NCBI RefSeq assembly: GCF_004010195.1
Contig: NC_057758.1
Span: 7,714,107 to 7,746,454 of the forward strand
Length of the DNA: 32,348 nucleotides
From: Chiloscyllium plagiosum
Taxonomy: Eukaryota
Direction: 5' to 3'
Below are positions 10,866-21,929 of this stretch, one piece after another. The stretch's first letter is position 1. The number at the start of each line of letters is the position of its first letter. The notes under the pieces are model-generated. The model had not been told where the DNA came from, searched no databases, and saw nothing but the letters and a program-made list of their open reading frames with translations. Position numbers and translations under genes: made by a program.

Positions 10866-12009
10866 GTTGAGATAGAATATCTGGATCAGACCGGACTTGG
10901 AAGGCTGAAGAGTCTGTTCCTGTGCTGTAAATTTTGAAAAACGAATTGCCTTTACTTGACAGAAACATCCATTGCAAGTCAACAGACAAGATTGAAATTC
11001 AACCACTAAAGAACTTTACGAAGCAATCAAATGAAACTTGCTTAGATTCCACAATCCATTAGGGAACGATTGCACTTAGGTTTCAATTGTTATTTTTTCC
11101 CTCGTCGTAATATCTTCTCCCCTCTCGGGTGTCCCTTTCTTTCTGGAAGTCACACTTACACTGCTCATCACTTTTCATCCCTGACAACATATTGGGGCTC
11201 TTCAGTGCCGATGGATATTTCCTTCGAAAATGCAGCTAGCCTTTTCACGCTAATTTGTTGTTTCTCTTTCTAATTCTTCGATTGCATAAATAGTTCAGAA
11301 CACTGTACTATCAGAATTGTTCTTCAATCTTCCACTAAATAACAAAACTGTAACTGTGATCAAACTATGCGTTACAAAAATGCCCCCTCATAGAATGCTT
11401 ACACACTGAGAACTTCCAGTTTAAAGAGAGCTGATAACTTTCTCAATGTTTTCTCCTGTGGAGAATCTCATCTTATCCAGTTTATCTCAATGGATACTAC
11501 AGCTTTAGGTGCGACCGTCTTGTGTTAGCTGATTTACATAGTTGATTTGCTTGTTCAGTTTAACTTCAGATTTGAGTTACACAAAAGTACCCCATTCACG
11601 AAACCATTGCATAATTCCCTGTCGAGTGTGCAGAATATCCTGGCAGAAGGGACCTAATATTTCTTGAGAAGCAGTCTTTGTAAACCACTGAACTAGGAAG
11701 GGGAAATTTATCAGTGATCTTTAAAGATGGCAATGTCCCTTTAGACAATGCACTTTTACGACTTGTAAAATATCAGCACTCTGTAATGATCACTGAACAC
11801 ATCTCCTGGAACACGAGTACTGACAGGGTTGTTCCGCCACACATATATGGAGTTGTCATCAAGAAATTTCAAATCTACCCTTTAGAAGACAGGGAGCTTC
11901 TCTCTGCCTTGAAATACAGGCTATTTATGATCAGAGGGTTACTGTTGATCTGATACTGAATACAATATAAATTACGGCCATTTAAATATGAAGGTTACAA
12001 AAACAGTTC

Positions 12010-12255
12010 CGAGTCTTGGGAGACTTGGGCGAGTAAGTCATCTCCTAACTCCCTGAAGTCTGTTCACCATCTATAAGGTGAAAGTGAGGATTGCAATGGA
12101 AATCATCCGACTTGCTTGAGCGGGTGCAATTCCGACAATGATAGAAACTCGACACAATTCCACAAAAAGCAGCCACTTGGTGTGCAACACATCTCGAGCC
12201 GTCCCTCTACTGCCGATGCGCACTAGCAACAGTATGCATCGTCGACCATGAATGC
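12010..12255 (+). mobile_element. CR1/L2-like LINE RT C-terminal fragment
   Basis: Translates with frameshifts to LGRLGRVSHLLTP-SLFTIYKVKVRIAME... Confidence 0.65.
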
Positions 12256-12269
12256 AGGATTTTATAGAG

Positions 12270-12812
12270 AAAGAAAGAATAGAGAAACTGAGCTTCTTCT
12301 CCTCGGCGCCGAGAAGAGGTAACTTAATTCAGATGCTAAAAGTTGTGGACAATTTTGAAAGGGTAATAAAGGATGTTGTTTTTCTACTTGTTGGTAGGTC
12401 AGTAAGTGGGATTTTAATTTCAAGATTTTCAGCAAGAGAGCTGGGAATGAAATGAGGAGAAAGGTCTTCAGTCTGAAATTTGTTAGTATTTGGAATTGTT
12501 TCATTCCACTGGGACAACTGCTGATCATATTGAAAAGCACTCTCCAGGTCCCTGTTCTCCTGTACTCCCCTCATGTTGTCCCACTGGGAGTTATTACTCA
12601 GAGAATAATCAGGAGTGGAGTGCACTGCCTGGGTGTATGGTGGAGGTGAATTCCATCGCAGATTTCAGAAAACAGAGCTCGATATATGTTTGGAAGTGAT
12701 GAATAGAGAGGACTGCAGAGAGAGGACTTGAGGACAGGACAAGCCGGGTTTCCCTTTTAGGAGCCAGTATATGCACGATGGCTGCAATGGCTTCCTTGCT
12801 TACTATAAATGT
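12270..12812 (+). mobile_element. CR1 LINE 3' fragment(s), decayed
   Basis: EKLSFFSSAPRRGNLIQMLKVVDNFERV...RRKVFSLKFVSIWN; tail gatggctgcaatggcttcct. Confidence 0.75.
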
Positions 12813-12879
12813 TCCAGAATTCTCATTATTTTATGGAGACTGGGTCCAATGTGATTCCTTAAAACTCAGGGAGTCCCAC

Positions 12880-13300
12880 AGATACATCGAAGCACAGAAT
12901 TCCAAAGAGATGCTCCAGCCCGTCAAGTATCTGCTGCCAAAGACATCCAAAAACTGCATGAGGCCACATTCCCACAGATCCATCGACGTCAGTGCTTACT
13001 AAAGGGTGCAGTGTTCCCACCTCAGCTACCCTGCCAGGCAGAGCATTTCAGACAACACCTCTCTCTGAATGACGAATTATTCCCTCCATTCCTGTCTGCA
13101 AATCTGCCATTTCCATTAAAGTGTTCTCCTCTTTGGTCTTGCCAATTCGATGAAGTGGAGCAGTCACATCGTACCCACTTTGCCAGTAACCCTCATAATC
13201 ATTAATAGCTGCAACAGGACTCCTCGGAACCTCTCTGCTCCGAAGAAACCAATCTGAGCTTAGTCTATCTCCATTCTCAGATGAATTGATTCAACCCACT
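12880..13300 (-). mobile_element. Highly decayed CR1 3' fragment
   Basis: ctaccctgccaggcagagcatttcagacaac...ctctctgaatga parallels the reverse-strand CR1 3' ends at 26.3 kb and 30.7 kb. Confidence 0.55.
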
Positions 13301-13316
13301 TTAGCTGTGACTCTCC

Positions 13317-13319
<3 letters not shown>

Positions 13320-13348
<29 letters not shown>
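13320..13348. repeat. (GT)n microsatellite
   Basis: Perfect run of about 14 units. Confidence 0.98.
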
Positions 13349-13350
<2 letters not shown>

Positions 13351-13408
13351 GTGCACGCAAGTGGGAGAAATAGCAATGGGGCACGTTTAGAATGAATGAA
13401 TTAATGCT

Positions 13409-14090
13409 TGTTTGATCTAACCCTTTCTGTCTGCCTGTCTGATCATCAAGCGATGACGTAGATCAAAAGTGCAAATCAAAGCCAGGTTTTGTAAAAAAAA
13501 TCACTTGAGTTTATTAAAACGATCGGCGTCTTCCCTGACAACATATTGATGCACAATAAGTGTCTGTGTGTGTGTGTGTGTCTTTATATATGAGTACGTG
13601 TGTGTGTATGTCTGTTTTTATGTGCACAATTATGCTTTCTGTATCTGTATATATGTGTATTACTCAATGTGCTGTGTGTGCGAGAGAGAGAGGGTGTGTG
13701 TGCGAGAGACATAGAGAGAGAGAGAGAGAGGGCCCATCTGCCAGCAATGGGAAACTATTTAAATGCATGCCTTAAAACATGAAGATTCTGAGGCTGTTTG
13801 ATCTAAACCTTTCTGTCTGCCTGTCTGATCATCAAGCGATGACATAGATCAAAAGTGCAAATCAAAGCCAGGTTTTGTAAAAAAAATCACTTGAGTTTAT
13901 TAAAACGATCGGCGTCTTCCCTGACAACATATTGAGGCACAATAAGTGTCTGTGTGTGTGTGTGTGTCTATTTATATATGAGTACGTGTGTGTGTATGTC
14001 TGTTTGTATGTGCACAATTATGCTTTCTGTATCTGTATATATGTGTATCACTCAATGTACTGTGTGTGCGAGAGAGAGAGGTTGTGTGTG

Positions 14091-14121
<31 letters not shown>

Positions 14122-14204
14122 CACAGAGAGAGAGAGAGAGGGCCCATCTGCCAGCAATGGGAAACTATTTAAATGCATGCCTTAAAACATGAAGATTCTG
14201 AGGC
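13409..14204. repeat. Tandem duplication, units 13409-13794 (386 bp) and 13795-14204 (410 bp), containing TG and GA microsatellites
   Basis: Both units start tgtttgatctaa and end gaagattctgaggc. The length difference lies in the microsatellites. Confidence 0.97.
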
Positions 14205-14574
14205 TGAGTCTCCCTCGCTCTCTTTGTCTCTCTCTATCTCTCTCTCTGCCTCTGTCTCTAGTCCTCTCATGTTTCAACCGATGCAATGTAAATCTCTACT
14301 GATGTCCCATGTAACTGTTGAACAAACAGCATTTTCTGACCTCTCACGTCACTGCAAAAGAAACAGTTCTTGGCGAAAAGTCAATCTTTGTTAATTTCTC
14401 AGGATAGACAGTTGTTTTGTGCTTCCATTCATGTTTTTCAACTCGCAGATACATTTTGTGCGATTCCTGGTGAGGTTGCTCCTGCAATTTGAGCAGTTGG
14501 AGATGCATGTGAAAAACTGAACGAAATCAATCGTTCTACTCTGTGTTTTCTGCGAAAATCTTGTCTTAATTTGG

Positions 14575-14931
14575 ACAATACTAAGGATTCATTCGATATG
14601 GAGATGCATGCATTACTTTGGTTGGAGTCCCATATGGATACCTGACATTGCACGTGAAATGGACTTCATATTGCAGGTGCTAAGTGGCGAGAAAAAGATA
14701 AAAAAAAGAAATCGCTTGTCGTTATGCTGTGACCTGGACTAAGTTCCGAGAGCACAATACTAAGGATTCAATCGATATGGAGATGCATGCATAACTTTGG
14801 TTGGAGTCCCATATGGATACCTGACATTGCACGTGAAATGGACTTCATATTGCAGGTGCGAAGTGGCGATAAAAAGATAAAAAATGAAATCTCTTGTCGT
14901 TATGCCGTGACCTGGACTAAGTTCCGAGAGC
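14575..14931. repeat. Tandem duplication, units 14575-14753 and 14754-14931 (179/178 bp)
   Basis: Both units run acaatactaaggattca...ctaagttccgagagc, with about 7 differences. Confidence 0.97.
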
Positions 14932-14939
14932 AATTAAAA

Positions 14940-15120
14940 ATGGACAAAGTTTAAAAATCACACAACACCAGGTTATAGTCCAGCAGGTTTATTTGGAAGC
15001 ACTAGATTTTGGAGCGCTGCTCCTTCATCAGGTGGTTGTGGAGTATAAGATCGCAAGCCACGAAATTTATAGCAAAAAATACAATGTGATGTAACTGAAA
15101 TTATATATCGAAACAGACTA
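14940..15120 (-). mobile_element. Terminal repeat of a second Penelope-like family with hammerhead-like motif
   Basis: Reverse strand cacctgatgaaggagcagcgctccaaaatctagtg, followed by aataaa and a GT-rich tract ggtgttgtgtgattttt. Confidence 0.7.
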
Positions 15121-15419
15121 TGTTCGTGTACTTTAATCAAATTGTTAAATGCGTTAAACAGCGAGAACAACCAAAGTATTTGCTGCCTGTGAAATCTGTG
15201 GAGACTCACTTTTTAAGTCATTTTGTCAACGAATGAAACAAATCATTTCTAAAGCAACAGTGCAGATTCCATCGCTCTGCAACTGATTCTGTCCCAAGCG
15301 CTCACTTGGACGAAATCACTGTAATGTGTCAGCATGTGTAGCAAAATTTCCTGTTCATTGTGCTTGTCCCTGCTAGTGTTTGTTTATTACTAGGTGGGCT
15401 GCCTTGTACAAAGTAATAT

Positions 15420-16130
15420 GTTCTAACACGAATTGCCTTTTCGAAGGTGGTGATGAGCTCCCTCACTGAAGATCCACAGGCAGGGCTGGGGTAAGCACAT
15501 GGAGCAGTGTTGTCAAGAAGCAATGGACAAAGTTGGAACCCCAACATTGTGAAGGAACGGTTATGTCGTTACCTGTATAGAATTGTTGTGGTTTGCACGT
15601 GACCATCAAGGTCTCACTGCATCTGCTGTGCCTTTTATTTTCTTGTTACTGATCATGGCTAGAGAGTGTGCTGCGAAAGGGATCTTTTCGAGCAGAGGCA
15701 GTGCATATTGTACATTCTGACCCTTTGGGAATGGTGCAATTAGTTCTTGTTCAAGTGGTTAACACATGATTCATCAAACGGCGGACTGTCGCCTCAGTAG
15801 AATCAAGTGTTGATGCTATGGAATGCCCAGCCTCTGGTCTGCTGATGCAACATTACTATGTATGTTATTCAGGTTCAGCAAAAAATAAATGGCCAAAAAC
15901 GGAATGGTACTTGTGCAGGATTCAGCGAGGGAAACATCACTGAGCATCAAGATATGGATGGTTGAGATTGGTTTGATTTCATTTTGTTGAAATTACAACT
16001 TCACTGAAGACTGTGTGACACTAAAATCCTTTGCTATTTGTGAGTACAAGTTTGAATGATCTTTGTGTCATGTTGTGTTTGGACCGAAAGTACTTGCGTA
16101 CTAATGTGCCTGATTGAACCTCTTTGCAGC
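15420..16130 (-). mobile_element. Highly decayed CR1/L2-like LINE 3' region
   Basis: Shares a 3' end motif with 1605-1712 and has scattered colinear RT traces. Confidence 0.5.
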
Positions 16131-16184
16131 AGTTCCACTTGTGATTGGAGAAGGAAAATTAAACATGCTAAGGACACATATCCT

Positions 16185-16833
16185 GCAACGGATACAGTTA
16201 ATGGCATTGGTGGAAGTACAGGTAAATAGCTGTCGAATGTGGAAGGATTCTTTTGGATCTTAGAGTTGAGAGGGGTGATACCGACGCAGCTTTTTCACTT
16301 CTTGCGGTGGCGGGGTGGTGCCAGGAGGGGTAGTTGTGTTGGTAAGGGATGTAAACCTGACAAAAGTCGCCGAGAGAACTGTCTCTCCGAAGCACAGAGG
16401 CACTTTAGATGTGGCAGAAATGGCGGATGATGATGTGGTGCATCCAGAGGCCAGTGGAGTGGAAAGTGAGGACTGGCGGGGTTTTGCCCTTGTTGCGAAA
16501 TGAGGGTTGAGTTTCATTGGCAGGACTGTGGTAAGTATAACAGATGCACGGGGGCATTGTGTACCACAGTGTAGCGGAAGTTCCTGTCCTCGAAGAAGGA
16601 CGTCATCAGGGATGTTCTAAGGTGGAACTCGTTCACCTGCGAGTAGATGCGCTGGAAGCAGAAGATTGAGAATAAGAATAGCCATTTATACCGGAGGCAG
16701 GGTGTGGGGCAGTGTAGCCCAGGTAGAAAAGGAGTCAGTGTGTCTGTCGTGGATGTCTGTGTTGAGTCGGTCACAGGTAATGGAGATGCAAAGATCCATG
16801 GAGGGTAAGTATGTGTCTGTGATGGTCCATTTT
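16185..16833 (-). mobile_element. Penelope-like element, inverted segment (RT C-terminus to first half of GIY-YIG)
   Basis: Reverse translation WTITDTYLPSMDLCISITCDRLNTDIH ... PKESFHIRQLFTCTSTNAINCIRC. Confidence 0.88.
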
Positions 16834-17408
16834 CACTCAATTTGGTCTTGTCTACATTGGGGAGATAGAATGCCATGTTGCATACCGTTTCAGAGAACAT
16901 TTCTGGGACATCCGCAATAAGCAACCCTGCCGTCCCATGGCTGAACATTTTAATGCGTACTCCCACTCCGCCAGGGACATGCAGGTCCTGGGGCTGCATC
17001 ATCGTCAAACACAAACCACACGACGTCCGAAGGAAGATCGCCTCCCGCCTTGGGACCCCCACGCCACACGGGATCAATGTGGATTTCACCCCTCCATTTG
17101 CCCTCCCATCACCTTATCTCAGTCTCAATCTTCCAACTCGACAAAACCCTGTTGAACCGTCCGAGCTGGACACGTTCCTTCCCACATATATGTTCCACTC
17201 TCCTCTCTCATCCATCAGTTTTATCTCCACTTTCATCTACCTATCACATTCCCAGTTGCATTATCCCAGCTCCACCCCCTCTCGTTTATCACTCAGCCCT
17301 TTGGTACACAGGTTCTTCATCTTTCATGATGAAGGGCCTCTCCCTGAAATTTCGATTCGCATGCTGCCAGACTGGTTGTGCTTTTCCAGCACCGCACCCT
17401 TCGATTCT
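16834..17408 (+). mobile_element. Penelope-like element, sense segment (second half of GIY-YIG plus terminal repeat)
   Basis: TQFGLVYIGEIECHVAYRFREHFWDIRNKQPCRPMAEHFNAYSHSARDMQVLGL ... RLGTPTPHGINVDF; C/T-rich UTR; tgatgaaggg...ccctgaaa terminus. Confidence 0.88.
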
Positions 17409-18035
17409 ATGTACACCACATCCACTGCTTTACCCTGACCCCATCTGTTTAGTCACCTTCTCAAAGAACTCAATATGGTGACGCACGACCTACCCTTCAC
17501 AGAACCGTGTTTACTATTCCAAATGAAATTATTTCTTTATATCTCATTGTAAATATTATCTCCTATAATCCTTTCCAACAGTTTACCCACAAATAAATAC
17601 GTTTTCACTGATGTTTTAATTAGCAGGATTCACTCTACTCCCCTTCTTGAACAGATGGACAACATTTGCTATCCTCCAGTATTCTGGCACTATTCCGGTA
17701 GCAATGACGACATAAATATCCAAGTCAAAAATTCTGTAATCTCCTCCCTAGCTTCCCAGGGATTTTTAGGATAAATCCCATTCGGTCCAGGGAATGTATC
17801 TATTTCTACAAGTTCCAAAATTGATAACACGTCCTCTTTATGAATATCAATCCCGTCTGGTCTGATCACTCGTATCTGAATATTTTCCTCAACAACATTG
17901 TAATTGTCTGTGTGAATACGAACGAAAAATATCTGTTTAACACTTTGCCTATCTCATCGGAATTGACACAAAACGTCCCAATTCTGATCTTGACTGTTTT
18001 GAATCTTACTCCCGTCATTCATTTATTCCCGACAT
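17409..18035 (-). mobile_element. CR1 LINE ORF2 internal fragment, decayed
   Basis: Colinear with 27340-27950 (catccactgctttaccc, ctcaaagaactcaa, cccttcttgaaca, gcttcccagggatt). Confidence 0.88.
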
Positions 18036-18139
18036 GTTCATTGAACGTCACCTTTGTTTTAGCAAATTCTGATTTTTTTGAAGTTTGTTACAGCTTTTGT
18101 CCTCGTTATCGTTCAAACAGCTCTGCCAGCTGTACCATA

Positions 18140-21100
18140 TAATTTTAATGTATCCAATTTGGGGCTATAAATGCAGAAACATGTTTTGCCCAATTAAGGT
18201 ATCTGCCAATAAATACATAATAAGTCCAACATTGTGACGAACTGGGTTGTCCAATATTCTCTACACACTCTTCCAAGCTGCATATTGGTTCTTTGTTCGA
18301 TTTTTATCGGGCATTGATTTTCCAATAATGATCACAAAATCATTGAGTCTCTCCAATTTTGGGAACTGACATGATTGATGAAGTCTGCACGCTTTGACTC
18401 GGTTCAATCACATATTCGGTGAGCATCACAGCTACTTCCTCTATGTCTTTGAAATGATTAAGTCTGTAGTCGTGTTGTTGTATTGGAACAGCATTCCCTA
18501 CGTCTACCTCATGCACAGTAGCATCTTAATCCTGCATATGCCCTCATTGTGCTGTAACCACCATTTCAGCTGCGTTCTTTGCTCTGGAGGCACAGATTTT
18601 CTGAACGCACGCTACTCCCCAAGGACTTCATCATTGTTTAATGCATTTGAGTTCCTCAACTCTGCGGGGCAGTATTTCACACCTGTTTTTCCATCTCCTT
18701 TTCTCTGTTATAATAAAGATTCAAAATATGCAATGGCATGTCCTGAAAATTTATATTTTCGATCTGGTATCTTGACCAGATAGCGTAGCTGACTCAACAT
18801 TTTCTCAATTTGATAAGGACTACTGAACCTGACTTTGAAGGGATCTCTTACATCTGGTAACAATACTGATATGTCATGCCCACTGGAAAGCGTCCGAATG
18901 TCAGCGTGTTTATCTGCCATCTGCTTCATTCTATGTTATGCCCTCTTTAGACGCTGTTCAGCTATCTCACTTATTCGATTTAATCTCTCCCTCATCTCTG
19001 ATGCATAATCCAACCGTGAGACCTCCGAATGTACTGCTGTGAATTTCATTCATTTCAAATGGCTTCTAACTTCATGTTCCAATATTACTACAAAAGGAGT
19101 AAATTGGGTAGATTCATTTTGGGGCATCTCTAACGGCAAATAACACAAATGGGATAAGTTTATCGCAACACTTCAGGTAATCCTGTCAGTACACTCTTAG
19201 TATGGTCTTCAGGGCCTGATGCTGCGTTTCGAAAGTTCTCTGGGACTCAGGGCGATACACAGTTGATTTAAAGTACTGTATACCTAAGACATTCATGATT
19301 TCCTTAAAGAGCCTAGCAGTAATCAGCCTTGGTCTGATTGAATGTATCTGGATCGCCTGCAAAGCGTGAAGAAATCTCCTAACACCTCCACCACACTTTT
19401 TGCCTCAATACTCCATAATAGAATTGCCTTCAGAAATCTGATAGATAAATCCATTATGATTAGCAAGAAATGGTTCCCACCTTTGATTATTGGGAGGGGA
19501 CCTACACAATCAATCAAAGGTGCTGGTTTCATTATTGCTGTGGTTTACTGACCATTTGGCATTTACAACACGCACAAAAATTGTTAACCACATCCTTGAT
19601 TTCTTCAGGCCAACTGAACTGCTTTGGTACATTTGCCTGACTCCTCCGTACACCTAGGTGGCCTCCTACTAGAAGTTAATTTGCGACAAGTAGCACTTAC
19701 TCTCTGTACGCTACCGGCATACAGTATGTTGCAATTCTGCCTGTTTTTCCTCTGCATTAACCTGCCGTACTCTCTCTTTTCGTCTTAGGATTCAATCTTT
19801 AAGATAATAACACTCAGGAAGTTTCTCTGCCTGGTTTTCTGAATTTGCGTCAACAAAGGGATTTGATATTGGCTCAGCTTTCTGTTGTAAATCCATTAGT
19901 CTTTCAGGACTAAACACCTCTGTACTGACCATCTGCTAATGGAGGCTTTTCTGCACCATCACATCATTCATAGTGCGCGCTAACTGAACCTCAACTCCTT
20001 TATCTTTTGCATTCCTTTCTGCTTCGTGTTGTGACTTATTATAGTGGGACCTTGTTAGTAAAATGTCCTAGAAAATAACTGGCTATTTTTTTCTTTTCCA
20101 TCCTCAGTTCTCCACATCAATCCCAGCTTGATCCTATATATCGCTCTGAAGCATAAACTAATCTTTGTCAATCACTTCCACTGTTACTTTCCCAGTGTTG
20201 AATTTGCATCCCAAACTGATATTGCGGAGGTGAAACGCTGAATCTCTGTCGACAAATTACCACTGTCTCGGTAACAGGTCACAAAAGAATGCAAAAACGT
20301 TCTGCAGTTCTTATTATAGACCGGTTAGAACTTTTATATCTCAAACACATACCTTTCTTCCCTTCTCCCCAAGTTCTGAGTAAGTAATCTTTACCCAAAG
20401 AGACGAATTCTTCACAGAGACTAACTAAACTCTTCACACTTTGTACTAACTTCGTAAATAGCCCCTGCAAACTTTTTGCACACTCCAGCAGCTCCTCGAC
20501 TTTTCTGTTTCCGTTACTACTTCAACAATGCAACTGGCTTAGCTTCCTTTGCTACATCTTTTCACACGGTGCCTTTATTTAACGACCAGCACTGGGACTT
20601 TACGTGTCCCACTTTAAAACAGTGGAAATGCCTGAGGCCTTCCACCTCCTTTCCACTCTCTTGGGTTTCTTTTTTCACCTGTTGTAAACAATAACCAGTG
20701 TTTTCTGTTCTTTGTTTCGTAGTGTTCTCCCGATTTTTATCCCTCACAAGATAAAATTCCTGCCACAAACTAATCTTTCCCTTATGCAGCAATGTATGCC
20801 TGCCATCACTGCTTCTATTCTCACTTCCTGAGCTTCCTGTATATCCACGTAAATTCTTATCAACACTGGAAGTGAGTTTTTAAACTCCTCAAGCACAATA
20901 CTCTCTTATCGAACCTCACATGTCTAATCTATTTTAAAGGCCCGCACCCACCTATCAAAATGACCATGTTTAATGCTTTCAAACGCAACTTAATTCTGAC
21001 CTGATTCCTTCTGTATGTTTCTGAACCGCTGTCTGTACGCTTCTGGTACGAATTCATAAGCACTCTAATTAACCTGTTTGAATTCATATTATCTTAATTC

Positions 21101-21850
21101 CTTGTCTACAAGCGCTGCAAATACCTCACGAGCTGTGCCTATCTTTTTAGTTTGAACTTGAATTACCCACAAGTTTTCTGACTGCTCCATCTGCCTTGCT
21201 AATTTTTCACATCAAATAAAGTAGTCTTCGTCATCTTTCTCATTGAAATGTGGCAGTGTTTTAACATACTGTATATATCACTACCATCTGTCCTAATTGC
21301 CATCCTGTTAACTTGACTTTCCTAAGTCGCACATCTGAGGTCGAATGTTTCTCTACATTTCTCCTTCTTTTATTTATTTTTCTCTCTCCGCTTCTTCTCC
21401 CTCTTTTTGCTCAGTTGATAAGATTCGCTCTCTTTTTCCTCTCTTACTATTACTTTTATCTCTCTATCTCTTTATTCTCTCTTCATTTTTCTGTCTCTCT
21501 CCATTTCTTTATCTTCTAAATCCATTTGTTTGTTTCTCTGACAATCTGACGTGTTTAAGTAATTCCCTTTCAAACTCAGCTTTACTTTTTTCCTTGGTTA
21601 AACACATTTCTAACCTCATTCCTAATTCTGAGATCACGGTCTTTTCTTTTGTTTATATCAGCTTTACTTTTTTCCTTGGTTAAACACATTTCTAACCTCA
21701 TTCTTTTTTCCTTGGTTAAACACATTTCTAACCTCATTCCTAATTCTGAGATCACGGTCTTTTCTTTTGTTTATAAACATTCTTGGCAAATTTGGGAATC
21801 ATCTTCAAACCCGAGAAATTCTTCAGCAATTTAAAGAGCGATTTCTCCCA
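18140..21850 (-). mobile_element. Decayed Gypsy (Ty3) LTR retrotransposon internal region with Gmr1-type order gag-(PR)-IN-RT; RT truncated
   Basis: gag at about 21850-20560 (AYEFVPEAYRQRFRN, EEFKNSLP, zinc knuckle FHCFKVGHVKSQC). Integrase at about 19665-18750 (GHLGV..FSWP..CCKCQ, IDCVGPLP, IQSDQG, YRPESQ, FSSPYQI). RT N-half at about 18510-18140 (HEVDVGNAVPIQQHDYRL, IEPSQS, FCDHYWKINA, LEECVENIGQ, YWQIP). Confidence 0.92.
21576..21775. repeat. Nested perfect duplications inside gag (82 + 46 + 72 bp)
   Basis: ttttttccttggttaaacacatttctaacctcattc occurs three times; ctaattctgagatcacggtcttttcttttgtttata occurs twice. Confidence 0.97.
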
Positions 21851-21929
21851 CATTTAATTTAATCAGCTACAAATAACCGAAATTAAAAACAATACTTGAA
21901 CTAATTAAATACAAAAATACAGAAAATCT

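Noticed and set aside
11860..11920. Faint resemblance to a SINE core (agaagacagggagcttctct)
   Set aside because: Match too short and based only on recall.
12506..12590. 9-bp inverted repeat (tgggacaac/gttgtccca) overlapping a direct repeat ccactggga; possible tiny MITE
   Set aside because: Short enough to be chance, and repeat geometry does not fit TIR plus TSD cleanly.
13560..14185. CVCV/ERER ORFs
   Set aside because: Microsatellite translations.
21576..21775. Three 36-bp direct repeats resembling a CRISPR array
   Set aside because: Intervening sequences are themselves copies, spacing is irregular, the context is eukaryotic gag, and there are no cas genes.
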